Shown one piece after another: positions 1 through 8,709 of a stretch of DNA of 64,000 nt. The DNA lies in contig OZ245011.1 of NCBI GenBank assembly GCA_965223665.1, positions 576,001 through 640,000 of the forward strand, written 5' to 3'. The DNA comes from Nitrospinaceae bacterium (GTDB lineage Bacteria > Nitrospinota > Nitrospinia > Nitrospinales > Nitrospinaceae). Both the position numbers and the translations under genes were made by a program. The notes beneath the pieces were generated by a model, which did no database searches, had not been told where the DNA came from, and worked only from the letters and a program-made list of their open reading frames with translations. How positions within the stretch are numbered: position 1 is the first letter of the stretch; the number at the start of each line of letters is the position of its first letter.

Positions 1-134
1 TAGTAATACTTAATGATGCCTCCAAGTTAAAAGGAAAGTCTATTTCTTATTGGGCTTTGGGAGGAGATTCTCAATATGGTTGCTTTCAGGTAAGTATGGA
101 CAACCTAGAACAAGTTGAGTTTATTGAAAACTAA
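1..134 (+). CDS. 3' end of a hypothetical protein running in from the left edge
   Basis: Open frame from base 3 (VILNDASKLKGKSISYWALGGDSQYGCFQVSMDNLEQVEFIEN) ending TAA at 132-134. Confidence 0.5.
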   Translation, partial: VILNDASKLKGKSISYWALGGDSQYGCFQVSMDNLEQVEFIEN

Positions 135-453
135 TCTTTCTTTTTCTATTTATTTAAAGGAGTAAAAAATAGTTTAAAAAAATGTTGCGCTCGAAATATT
201 GATTGCAATTAATAATCATTATCAAATGCTAACCTATAATATTGGTATTTTATGATTTATTTTTTACCACTAGTCATATTATTTTTGGTTGTTTGGGATT
301 CTACGGTCAGGTTTAAAAGGACTCATTATTTTTCCTTCAGGAACATAACTAGATAAGTTTTTCAGAAATTATTTTTTTTGCTTTTCCCAAATTAAAAGGC
401 CTATTAGTTTAAGAACACAAATTTAGAAGGGAATTTTTGTAAAATTAATTGTT

Positions 454-2367
454 ATGAGATTTAGCATTGAAAATAATTTATTAATTGAAGAAAATAAAAG
501 AACTAAGAATTTCCAAGGTATATTTATAACTTTTATTTTTCTTTTGGTTTTTTGCCAATTGATTTTTATCCCTTCAGCTTTGGCAAATTTAAAAAAATAT
601 GAAAAATATCCTTTTTTAATAAAAATACCAAACTCCTGGAAAAGCTTTAGCGAGAAAAAAATTCTTTCAATGAGGAAGAATTTTGAAAAAAGAATGCCCT
701 CCATATATAAAAAATACTATGGAATAGATATGGGAAGTTTTATTAATTTTCCATATTTTGAAGCATTCCATAGCCTTGACAATAAATCTATTTTCTCAGT
801 ACTGGTTGTTCGCTTTCCCCCCAAAAAAAACTATCTAAATGAAATAAATAAAGATTTAGAAAATAAAATGGAGTGGGCAAAAAAACAAGGCCTTTTAAAG
901 AATTGGGAATTATCGAAATGGACTGAAATTGGGATTTTTAAATCCGTTTCCTTAGATATTGAGCTTTCTAATGGCTCTTGGAATTTCATAACTTATCTTT
1001 ATGACAAGGAAATGCCCTATCAATTTATTATGTTATCCCTTAATTCTCTAAAAGATAGGAAGCAAAGTAAGAATGTTTTTAAAAAAATACTTTATTCCTT
1101 AAAGGTTGATTTTTCTTTTAAAGGGAATGTGGGGAAAGAAGGTTTTGTTTTTTCAAAAAAATGCCAAAAATATTTTATGGTCACAAGAAATAATGAAATT
1201 GATTTGAAAAGGGTAATAATGATTTTCCAAGAACCTCATTGGGACTATTTAGCTCAATGGAACCTTGTAAAAGGGTTAGAAATCTTTTTTGAAGAAAATC
1301 AAAATTTGCTTAAAAGGTCAGTTTTTCTTTCTGAGGGCACTAAAGCGATGAAGAAGATTTCCGTATCGGAACTATCTCATTTGGACAATAATCCCTCTTC
1401 AGACATTGTAAAAAAAATTTTAGAAAGTTATTTGATTACTGGTTACCAAGCGTTTAATTGGATGATGAGAAGAGATATTCCTACCTATGGAATAGAAGAC
1501 TGGTCTCTTTATAATGAATCGGCAAAATTATGGGCAGAAGGAAAATATAATCGTTGGGCTGTAACAGTAGCAGCTAGAAATAAAAGAATAGTAGAAGTTC
1601 TTTTAAAAATGAAGGCTCAATATGACAACCCTATGTTGTTTGTTGGTTTAATGCATCTTTACAAAATTCCTCAAGATTTGTTTTTTAAAGGCCAAGAAAA
1701 ATTGAATCCAAAATCATCGGCAAAAAAAGCAATTAATGCTGGGATTGAAGGTTTGCTAAATAAACATAATCTAAATTTTATATTTATTGAACCGGTCATG
1801 GATATAACAATTCAACAAAACTCCAATGAAATTGAACGTTACAGAAAACTGTTCTTTGCACAATTGGACCATGACTATGAATCCTATATAGAAAACTTCT
1901 TGTCAAATAGAGCAAATAAAAAGGAAAAAACAAAAATAAACGATGGGGTGACAAATACTTCCAACCCACAGCAAGCTGCAAAACTTCTTTCAAAATTAAA
2001 GAAAAATAATAATGGTGAACCCAGTAAAGGGAAAGGAAAAAAAAATAAGGATGCCCAAAAGGGTAAGAAAGCAAAAATTGATAACTTATTAAAGGCTGGG
2101 AAACAACCAGATAAAAATGGGCTTACAAAAGCTGGGCGAGGTTTACAAAAACATGGTGATAGAAAGAATAGTATCTTCCCAAAATCAAAGGGAAGTCCTG
2201 CTGAGCGAAACAAACAAGGTCAAGATGTTCTTGAAGGAATATTAAAAAGTAATAATAAAACTTCGACACCAAATCGCTTCGGAGATGAAGATATTTATGA
2301 TAATAATACGGGTCGGGGTGTTAGGTTTAATAAAGACGGAAGTATGCGAGGATTTTTGGAGCCATGA
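454..2367 (+). CDS. Secreted multidomain polymorphic toxin (signal/TM, PsbP/DcrB-like domain, ChaN/TIKI-like domain, C-terminal CdiA/Rhs-type toxin tip)
   Basis: Hydrophobic segment ending ALA; motifs QEPH, FLSEG, YGIED, ARN, VGLMH; Lys-rich linker; C-terminus AGRGLQKHGDR...GRGVRFNKDGSMRGFLEP resembles toxin tips of Rhs/CdiA proteins. Confidence 0.7.
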   Translation: MRFSIENNLLIEENKRTKNFQGIFITFIFLLVFCQLIFIPSALANLKKYEKYPFLIKIPNSWKSFSEKKILSMRKNFEKRMPSIYKKYYGIDMGSFINFPYFEAFHSLDNKSIFSVLVVRFPPKKNYLNEINKDLENKMEWAKKQGLLKNWELSKWTEIGIFKSVSLDIELSNGSWNFITYLYDKEMPYQFIMLSLNSLKDRKQSKNVFKKILYSLKVDFSFKGNVGKEGFVFSKKCQKYFMVTRNNEIDLKRVIMIFQEPHWDYLAQWNLVKGLEIFFEENQNLLKRSVFLSEGTKAMKKISVSELSHLDNNPSSDIVKKILESYLITGYQAFNWMMRRDIPTYGIEDWSLYNESAKLWAEGKYNRWAVTVAARNKRIVEVLLKMKAQYDNPMLFVGLMHLYKIPQDLFFKGQEKLNPKSSAKKAINAGIEGLLNKHNLNFIFIEPVMDITIQQNSNEIERYRKLFFAQLDHDYESYIENFLSNRANKKEKTKINDGVTNTSNPQQAAKLLSKLKKNNNGEPSKGKGKKNKDAQKGKKAKIDNLLKAGKQPDKNGLTKAGRGLQKHGDRKNSIFPKSKGSPAERNKQGQDVLEGILKSNNKTSTPNRFGDEDIYDNNTGRGVRFNKDGSMRGFLEP

Positions 2368-2370
2368 GAT

Positions 2371-2616
2371 ATGAGTGATTCAGACATTGAAATTTTATTA
2401 TCAAGTGATTGTGAATATAAAAAACTAACGGCTGAAATCTATTTTAAAGGAAAATATATTGCTTTGCTTAATCAAGATGAAGGGAAAGAAAATCTGAAAA
2501 TCGAGTTTCCGGAAGGGGATTTGGATGAAGAAAGGATTGCCCGAAAAATCGATCTTTCTATTTTTGAAAAGGGATTATTGCTTGCAAAAAAGAAAATTCA
2601 TGAAGTAAATGGGTAA
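2371..2616 (+). CDS. Putative cognate immunity protein
   Basis: 81-aa acidic ORF 3 bp after the toxin stop; L(T/V)AEI-Y...NQDEG pattern resembles small proteins that follow this toxin tip. Confidence 0.65.
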   Translation: MSDSDIEILLSSDCEYKKLTAEIYFKGKYIALLNQDEGKENLKIEFPEGDLDEERIARKIDLSIFEKGLLLAKKKIHEVNG

Positions 2617-2754
2617 TAAGAATAGGTATTGCAATAATTTCTTTCAATATTATTTAGAATTTAAAACTTAGAATTAATGAATGACTTTTTCAGAATGCTT
2701 TCATATCAAAAAAGTTTAGTAAAAAATTATTTGCTTTAAAGGAAGGAGATCATC

Positions 2755-3261
2755 ATGGAATTAATAAATATTATTAGATTCCCTAATTTAAAAAGATTTT
2801 TATCTCAAATAATTTTGGCCTTGTTTATAATTCTACTTCCTTATTTATGCTGGGGAGGAATGTATAATGATGATGCTGCACCTGAAAAAGACAAAGAAGC
2901 AAAAACCTTTAACAAAGTAAATGATAAATCTGTTATTTATGTTTATCGAGAAAACTCAATTATCGCAATAATACAAGCATTCAGGTTATATATTGACAAT
3001 GAAATAATTGTTGATTGTACTTCCGGCACATTTGTTCGACTTACTGTTAAACCTGGGTCCCACACCATAGGAGTTGGTAACGTTTCGAGTCGTTCGATTA
3101 TAGATTCAGTATCATTAAAAACAGAGAAAGGGGGAATCTATTATGTTAAGTTATCAGTTGGTGCGAATATCTTTTCTGGTGTCCCTAAATTAAAAAAGAC
3201 AATTGAAAATGAAGCTCAAAAAGAGATCAAAAAACTAACTTTGATTAAAAAAAGGAAGTGA
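2755..3261 (+). CDS. DUF2846-family exported protein
   Basis: N-terminal hydrophobic segment; VIYVYRE...LYIDNE...GTFVRLTVKPGSHTI...GGIYYV pattern; AGGAG RBS. Confidence 0.75.
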   Translation: MELINIIRFPNLKRFLSQIILALFIILLPYLCWGGMYNDDAAPEKDKEAKTFNKVNDKSVIYVYRENSIIAIIQAFRLYIDNEIIVDCTSGTFVRLTVKPGSHTIGVGNVSSRSIIDSVSLKTEKGGIYYVKLSVGANIFSGVPKLKKTIENEAQKEIKKLTLIKKRK

Positions 3262-3386
3262 AAATAAGGCCTGTTTAATTTTTCCAATAAATATAGATTT
3301 TAATTTAGTTTAAATTTGCTTAAATCGATCGTCTAATTTTATAGACGTAAAATTCAATTTTAACGTTAACAAAATAAAGGTATTCC

Positions 3387-4169
3387 ATGTCAATAATAAA
3401 AAATAAAACCTTAATGAATCAATGTGGTTTTCTAATAATATATATTTTTTGTTTTTCGATAGTATTATCCAATTCAAGTTCCCTGAATGCTGACACTATT
3501 CAAGCCGCTGCAAAAAGGGGAGATATTGACTCGGTGGTTTCTCTTTTGGGAAAGGGTGTTGATTCAAATTGGAAGGACGGCGATGGTGTGACAGCATTGA
3601 TGTATGCTTCTGAAGAGGGTCATACTGAAATTGTTAAATTATTATTAGAAAAAGGAGCAAATACAAATATTAAAGATTCTACTTATGGTATGACTGCTCT
3701 AATGTTAGCTTCTGCTGGAGGACATTTTAAAATTGTAGAATTATTATTAAATTCTAAGGCCGATCCGAAAATTAAGGATCAAAACTTAGGTGCAACAGCT
3801 TTATTCGGTGCTGCATCATATGGTTATGAGCAAATAGTAAAGGTTTTAATTAAAAAGGGTGCAAAGGTGAATGTTAGAAATAATAATAATCAAACACCAC
3901 TAATGATTTCTGCGGTTAATGGACACCTTATTATTGTTAAATTACTTCTTGAGGAAAATGCGGAAGTAAACGTAAAAGGTTCAAAATATGGTGCAACTGC
4001 TTTGATGGGTGCGTCAATCAATGGTCATAAAGATATAGTTAAAATGCTTCTAAATAAAGGGGCGGATTTAAATGAGAAGAATATTAATGGAATAACAGCT
4101 TTAGAAATGGCAAGGCTAAAAGGTAGGAATGAGATTGTTCAAATACTTAAAAATGCAAAGTCTCAATAA
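3387..4169 (+). CDS. Exported ankyrin-repeat protein
   Basis: About six 33-34-aa repeats with G-x-T-(A/P)-L...A...GH...IVKLLL..GA pattern after a signal-like N-terminus. Confidence 0.92.
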   Translation: MSIIKNKTLMNQCGFLIIYIFCFSIVLSNSSSLNADTIQAAAKRGDIDSVVSLLGKGVDSNWKDGDGVTALMYASEEGHTEIVKLLLEKGANTNIKDSTYGMTALMLASAGGHFKIVELLLNSKADPKIKDQNLGATALFGAASYGYEQIVKVLIKKGAKVNVRNNNNQTPLMISAVNGHLIIVKLLLEENAEVNVKGSKYGATALMGASINGHKDIVKMLLNKGADLNEKNINGITALEMARLKGRNEIVQILKNAKSQ

Positions 4170-4183
4170 TTAAGTTTTTATAC

Positions 4184-4777
4184 TTATTTGTTTTTATTAA
4201 ATGAAACGGATTCAACAATTTTTTTTATTTGGCTTGGAAAAGACTCCTCTATTCCAGGGAAAAAAGACATAATAGTAATCAAAGTTTTTTGATTTTCAGA
4301 TGGCATTATAAAGTTAACATTTCTATTATTTTTGGAATTGCCCCCTCCAGTCCAATCTGTCTTAAGTACTTTTTTTCCTCCAACTTTTATTATATCTATA
4401 AAGTTAATTAATTTTACGATACCTTTATCGATACCCATTTGAAATTGTTGTTTGTTTTGCTCTAAAAGTTTTTCTAATGTAGGTTTGGTTTCTTTATATA
4501 CAAAATCATAAATGATTACTATAAAGCCTGTGGGTGTTCTAAATCCGTTAAAGTTTTCATTAAATTTTACATGATTTTTTATTTCGTTTGGCAAAAGCAT
4601 GGCTTTAAAATTTTTCTTTTTATCATTATTAAATTCATTCCAATTGCCTGGAACACTAAAAGAATATCCCTTAGCTGGAACGATTTTAGTTGAATTGGCA
4701 AAGGCAATAATTGGAAAATATGCAATGAATACAAGGGTAATTATTCTAACAAGAGTTTTTTTCATTTCATTTTTCAA
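4184..4777 (-). CDS. Exported hypothetical protein, PsbP/DcrB-like fold
   Basis: Signal peptide ending AFA; YSFSVPGNW near start and KKIVESVSF at end are typical of Mog1p/PsbP-like domains. Confidence 0.55.
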   Translation of the reverse strand: MKNEMKKTLVRIITLVFIAYFPIIAFANSTKIVPAKGYSFSVPGNWNEFNNDKKKNFKAMLLPNEIKNHVKFNENFNGFRTPTGFIVIIYDFVYKETKPTLEKLLEQNKQQFQMGIDKGIVKLINFIDIIKVGGKKVLKTDWTGGGNSKNNRNVNFIMPSENQKTLITIMSFFPGIEESFPSQIKKIVESVSFNKNK

Positions 4778-4899
4778 AAATATTAAGTAATTTGATTCTT
4801 TTTATACCACTTTAAGGATTTCTCTTTCAAATGATTTCTGGTTAATCCTAAATATTTTTCTTTACAAAATACTCACCCCTTGACACCCACTTTGAGAAA

Positions 4900-5580
4900 T
4901 TGAGAGAAGGTGATTTAACCAAGAAAGACAGAATGGAATTAAGGGATATTTATGACAATGCTCTAATTGTGAAAAATCAATTATTAGAATCACTAAATTT
5001 CGTTGGATGTCATTTGCCGGAAGTTAAAGCTTTAGGTGAAAATGATGCAGTCTCACTGGGAGCTTTAATCGAGGAGATCAGTGGAATTTGTCACCATCTG
5101 GATCGTTTAAAGAGTCAAATCTGTATTCTCACTCGGGTAGCTTTCGCATGTCGTTGGATGAATGACTACGAAAGGAAAATGCTCCCTGTGGTATGCAAAG
5201 ATTTCCCAAAAGATTATAGGGAATGTCAGGAATTTCGTTTTGATATGGTAGACCTGTATTGCCTTTTTGATTTAGTTGATACTCATTTAAAAACTTTGGA
5301 AGATATTTCGCCTCTGAAGGATTACGATCCAGATTCATTCTCCATTCAAGAGCTTACTGAAAAGGATTTGTTGGATGAAAGCCAAACGAAATTCTGGTTA
5401 GAAGCTCTTCGGATGGAATTACAACATGAATTAATAGCTGCTTTTTGTGATCTTACTGAAGAACAGATAAAGATATTTTTCAATATTCGTTTGTTGGGAG
5501 TTCACCGAAGACAAAAAGAAATAGGTAGATTGTTGGAAGTGGAAATAGAAGAAGAATCCTCCGACCAAGAATCCAACTAA
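4900..5580 (+). CDS. Hypothetical acidic alpha-helical protein (start uncertain, possibly ATG 4933)
   Basis: 226-codon ORF; no recognisable motif. Confidence 0.55.
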   Translation: MREGDLTKKDRMELRDIYDNALIVKNQLLESLNFVGCHLPEVKALGENDAVSLGALIEEISGICHHLDRLKSQICILTRVAFACRWMNDYERKMLPVVCKDFPKDYRECQEFRFDMVDLYCLFDLVDTHLKTLEDISPLKDYDPDSFSIQELTEKDLLDESQTKFWLEALRMELQHELIAAFCDLTEEQIKIFFNIRLLGVHRRQKEIGRLLEVEIEEESSDQESN

Positions 5581-5597
5581 CATCAGCTTTTATCGTT

Positions 5598-5613
5598 GGT
5601 GCCTTCGGGCACC
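5598..5613 (+). terminator. GC-rich UUCG hairpin downstream of the 4900-5580 ORF (possible terminator/stabiliser)
   Basis: GGTGCC-TTCG-GGCACC perfect stem; weak U-tract. Confidence 0.4.
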
Positions 5614-5737
5614 CGAACTTTAGGATAACATTTGTATTTTACCCCTATAATACCTCACCAACAATATTGACAGTATTGGCTAATTTCAGTAATGTTCCGA
5701 ATGCTAACGAACATCCTATTTGTCCTTGGAGGAGATC

Positions 5738-7069
5738 ATGGAAAAGACTATTAAAACTCTAATTCTTCTTACACTTCTGTTATTGATAAGCAGTCCAACC
5801 TTAGCAATTACAGATACTTTCACCAACTCAGAGGACAGTTACGTCCGGCAAACCTCACCCACAAAAAAATTTGGGTCCGCAACTACCTTGATTGCAGATG
5901 GGGTGAACCAGGACCCGGACAACGGTAAATTTGGCGAAGTGGCAACCCTCATTCAATGGGACGTTTCTTCTATTCCGACAACCGCCTTTGTCAGTGCCGC
6001 AAGTCTCACGCTAAAATTTACTAATTCCAGTAGCGGTGTTTATAGCATTTTCAGTCAGCTCAAGTCCTGGGTTGATTTAGATGTCGATTGGAACGATCTG
6101 TCGACCTCAGTGACTCCCAACAGTCAGATTCCCTCCAATGCTTTTGGGGTGGTTACCATCAATTTGGGTACCGCAATGGTGCAAGGCTGGGTCAATGGAT
6201 CTATACCTAATAACGGAATCGCTATTCGCAGTTCCGGCACCAACGATGGCATCGGAATGTTTTCCGCAGACGGCGAATTTCCCCCTACCTTGGAAGTGAC
6301 TTACAGCGATAGTGGCGGACCTACTTTAGAAAGCCTACAAGCGGAAATTGCACAACTCAAAGCCTTACTTGCCGGAGTAAGCCGCAATGGAGACACTTTG
6401 GTATTTGAGCAAATGAATCTACAAATCCTCAATGGCCTCGGTGCCACGAATGGCAACCGAAATGACCCGGACAGTGATGCGGTCACGTCCGTTAACGGAC
6501 TTGGTAATTTGATTGTGGGTTACGATGAGGAGACAGATCCTCATAACAGCAACTTTCAAATATTTGAATCTGATAAATCTGGTTCGCATAATATTATTGT
6601 GGGTCATGGCCACAATTATTCTAGTTTTGGTGGGCTAGTGACCGGTCAGGACAATGCGATAACGGGTCAATATTCTAATGTTAGTGGCGGAGTTGGAAAT
6701 TTGTCCAGTGGAAGATGGTCCAGTGTGAGTGGAGGGAATAAAAATACGGCCAGTGGAAGAGAGGCTAGTGTCAGTGGTGGTGGAATTGGTACCGCCAGTG
6801 GCAATTCCTCCAGCGTAACGGGTGGAGCGAATAATACAGCCAGTGAATATAACTCCAGTGTTACTGGTGGCTTCATCAACCATGCCAGTGGGAAAGTTTC
6901 CAGTATTAACGGAGGTCGAGAAAACACCGCTAGTGGCAGTCATTCCCATATTGGTGGTGGGTCCAATAATACAGCTAACGGGAAAAACTCCAGTTTGAGT
7001 GGAGGGAAAAACAGGTCGGCCATTGGAGAGGACGATTGGGTTGCCGGCAGTTTATTTGAAGAACAATAA
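5738..7069 (+). CDS. Exported DNRLRE (CBM96-like) domain protein with coiled-coil neck and C-terminal 15-aa Ser/Gly beta-helix repeats
   Basis: GGAGGAG RBS before ATG 5738; signal peptide; DSYV...LIQWDVSSIP...VQGWVNG...NNGI...PTLEVTY; then N-x-ASG-xx-SSVSGG repeats. Confidence 0.75.
   Translation: MEKTIKTLILLTLLLLISSPTLAITDTFTNSEDSYVRQTSPTKKFGSATTLIADGVNQDPDNGKFGEVATLIQWDVSSIPTTAFVSAASLTLKFTNSSSGVYSIFSQLKSWVDLDVDWNDLSTSVTPNSQIPSNAFGVVTINLGTAMVQGWVNGSIPNNGIAIRSSGTNDGIGMFSADGEFPPTLEVTYSDSGGPTLESLQAEIAQLKALLAGVSRNGDTLVFEQMNLQILNGLGATNGNRNDPDSDAVTSVNGLGNLIVGYDEETDPHNSNFQIFESDKSGSHNIIVGHGHNYSSFGGLVTGQDNAITGQYSNVSGGVGNLSSGRWSSVSGGNKNTASGREASVSGGGIGTASGNSSSVTGGANNTASEYNSSVTGGFINHASGKVSSINGGRENTASGSHSHIGGGSNNTANGKNSSLSGGKNRSAIGEDDWVAGSLFEEQ
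6653..7012 (+). repeat. Eight tandem 45-bp (15-aa) coding repeats
   Basis: NAITGQYSNVSGGVG / NLSSGRWSSVSGGNK / NTASGREASVSGGGI / GTASGNSSSVTGGAN / NTASEYNSSVTGGFI / NHASGKVSSINGGRE / NTASGSHSHIGGGSN / NTANGKNSSLSGGKN. Confidence 0.85.
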
Positions 7070-7267
7070 TCCTGATTTAGGGGTTACTTGTTTAAAGTCA
7101 AAATAATCAAATTGCAAGTCTTTACCTAACACCAACTCTCAACCCTGGGAGCCTGAAAGGGCTTCTGGGAGACAATTGCTCTATGAAAAAAATAAATGTA
7201 GAATGCCGATACATTTTCTCGAAATATTAATACCTTTCTAGAAATATAGCTAGAGGAATACTATTAA

Positions 7268-7927
7268 TTGGCTACCGAAGAACCCATATTGATTTGCTTG
7301 ATTTATATTCCAATCTCTATGATTATGGTTGGAATTTTTATTTGGTTTGTACCAAGTATTGAAAAAAATATTGTATCCTTTATTTATTTATTCTCCTCCC
7401 AAAAAAATCCATTTGTCTATAAAGTAAGAAAAAAGAAGATAGCATTATTGGGTTTAATACTCATTGTGATAAACCAATTTTTTGCTTGGATGGATATTTC
7501 GTATCCTGAGATAATGGAGCCAATAAGTAATTTTATTTCGATATTCTTTTTTTTCTTGTTATTTTTTGCAGGTTCCATTTGCATTTTGCAAATAGGTCGT
7601 GTTTTAGGGTTTTTCTGGACTTCTTTATTGTTAAAAGTTTTTAAATTTGATAGTAATTATTCCAACATAGGTCGAGCTGAATTAATTGGGGTGGCCACAT
7701 TCATATCTAGTTTTTTGTCGTTTTCGATATTGAAAGATTCCTTATCGCTAAACATTTATTTTTCTATTTGTACAGTAGTTATAATTTTAATTGCTGGTCC
7801 TTTATTGACTTACTATTTATGGCAAATCAGAGATTCAGGTGAAGAAACATTTGAATCCCAAGATTTGGAGGCAGCCGCAAATATTTTTTCTTCTTTGTAT
7901 GGAATTTTTAATTTTATCGATGATTAA
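7268..7927 (+). CDS. Hypothetical multi-pass membrane protein
   Basis: About five hydrophobic segments; GAGGA RBS before TTG. Confidence 0.6.
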   Translation: MATEEPILICLIYIPISMIMVGIFIWFVPSIEKNIVSFIYLFSSQKNPFVYKVRKKKIALLGLILIVINQFFAWMDISYPEIMEPISNFISIFFFFLLFFAGSICILQIGRVLGFFWTSLLLKVFKFDSNYSNIGRAELIGVATFISSFLSFSILKDSLSLNIYFSICTVVIILIAGPLLTYYLWQIRDSGEETFESQDLEAAANIFSSLYGIFNFIDD

Positions 7928-7954
7928 ATTAGTGCAATTGGGTTACTGAATAGT

Positions 7955-7981
7955 CCGGGGTCATTGAGGCCCCGGTTTTTT
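7955..7981 (+). terminator. Rho-independent terminator
   Basis: CCGGGGTC-ATTGA-GGCCCCGG stem followed by T6. Confidence 0.75.
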
Positions 7982-8024
7982 AGAAGAGAAACTAAATAAA
8001 TTAGTTAGTTAATTTGGGAATAAA

Positions 8025-8690
8025 ATGGGCAAGCAGAATCCTATTTTAGAAGCAGATAGGATTGTAGAAAGCTTAAAAAAGGATATGCTCCAAGGATGTT
8101 GGTATGCAGCCTTGTATGAACGAATTGCTTTCCGAAATGATATTGGAAATGCATTTGGATATTCATTTGAAGCTTGGGGCTTGATAAAATGTTGTGATGC
8201 GCTATTGGATAGTTTGATACTTTTGGTGACCCGAGTAATTGGCGGAGGACAGGAAAATGATAATGCTGCGTCCCTTAATTCTCTCTTAAAGATATTAAAA
8301 GGACCAGGAGTATTTAAAATCTTTGAGGGTAAGCTTAACCAGCAAAATAAAAATATATCTTGCAACCTTGTTCAGCTTGAGAAAGAAATTAATAAAATAA
8401 AGAGCCACGTAAAGACCGAAAGTTTAAGAAACTATAGGAATGCTTGGATTGCCCATAAAGCAAGAAAATATAATCCGCAAAAACATAAGTTGCCAAAATA
8501 CGAAGATGCTTTAGAACTATTTAAGTTGGTAATCCCTGTAATGGACATATGCTTAGAACTAATAAAAGGAGCGGACCCAAGCTTTAAAAATTTTGCCAGC
8601 ATTAAGATTGAGTTTGAGGAATCTCAAAAAACAGCAAATGACTTTTGGGAATATGCGGCCCACCTAAAAAACAAATTTAGAAATGAATAG
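8025..8690 (+). CDS. HEPN-domain (AbiU2-like) putative RNase
   Basis: All-helical 221 aa with SLxxLL and YRNAWIAH (R-x5-H HEPN motif, 8436-8456). Confidence 0.7.
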   Translation: MGKQNPILEADRIVESLKKDMLQGCWYAALYERIAFRNDIGNAFGYSFEAWGLIKCCDALLDSLILLVTRVIGGGQENDNAASLNSLLKILKGPGVFKIFEGKLNQQNKNISCNLVQLEKEINKIKSHVKTESLRNYRNAWIAHKARKYNPQKHKLPKYEDALELFKLVIPVMDICLELIKGADPSFKNFASIKIEFEESQKTANDFWEYAAHLKNKFRNE

Positions 8691-8709
8691 TTTTTTTTGA
8701 GGTTTGGGA

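Noticed and set aside
5592-5630. ATCGTT plus hairpin resembling the start of a glnA (glutamine) riboswitch
   Set aside because: The downstream GGAAG, second stem and closing AACG elements are missing
7124-7180. ACCTAAC followed by a GAAA-capped, GU-rich hairpin, suggestive of an integron attC site
   Set aside because: No complementary GTTRRRY right end; no similar sites after other island genes and no integron integrase seen
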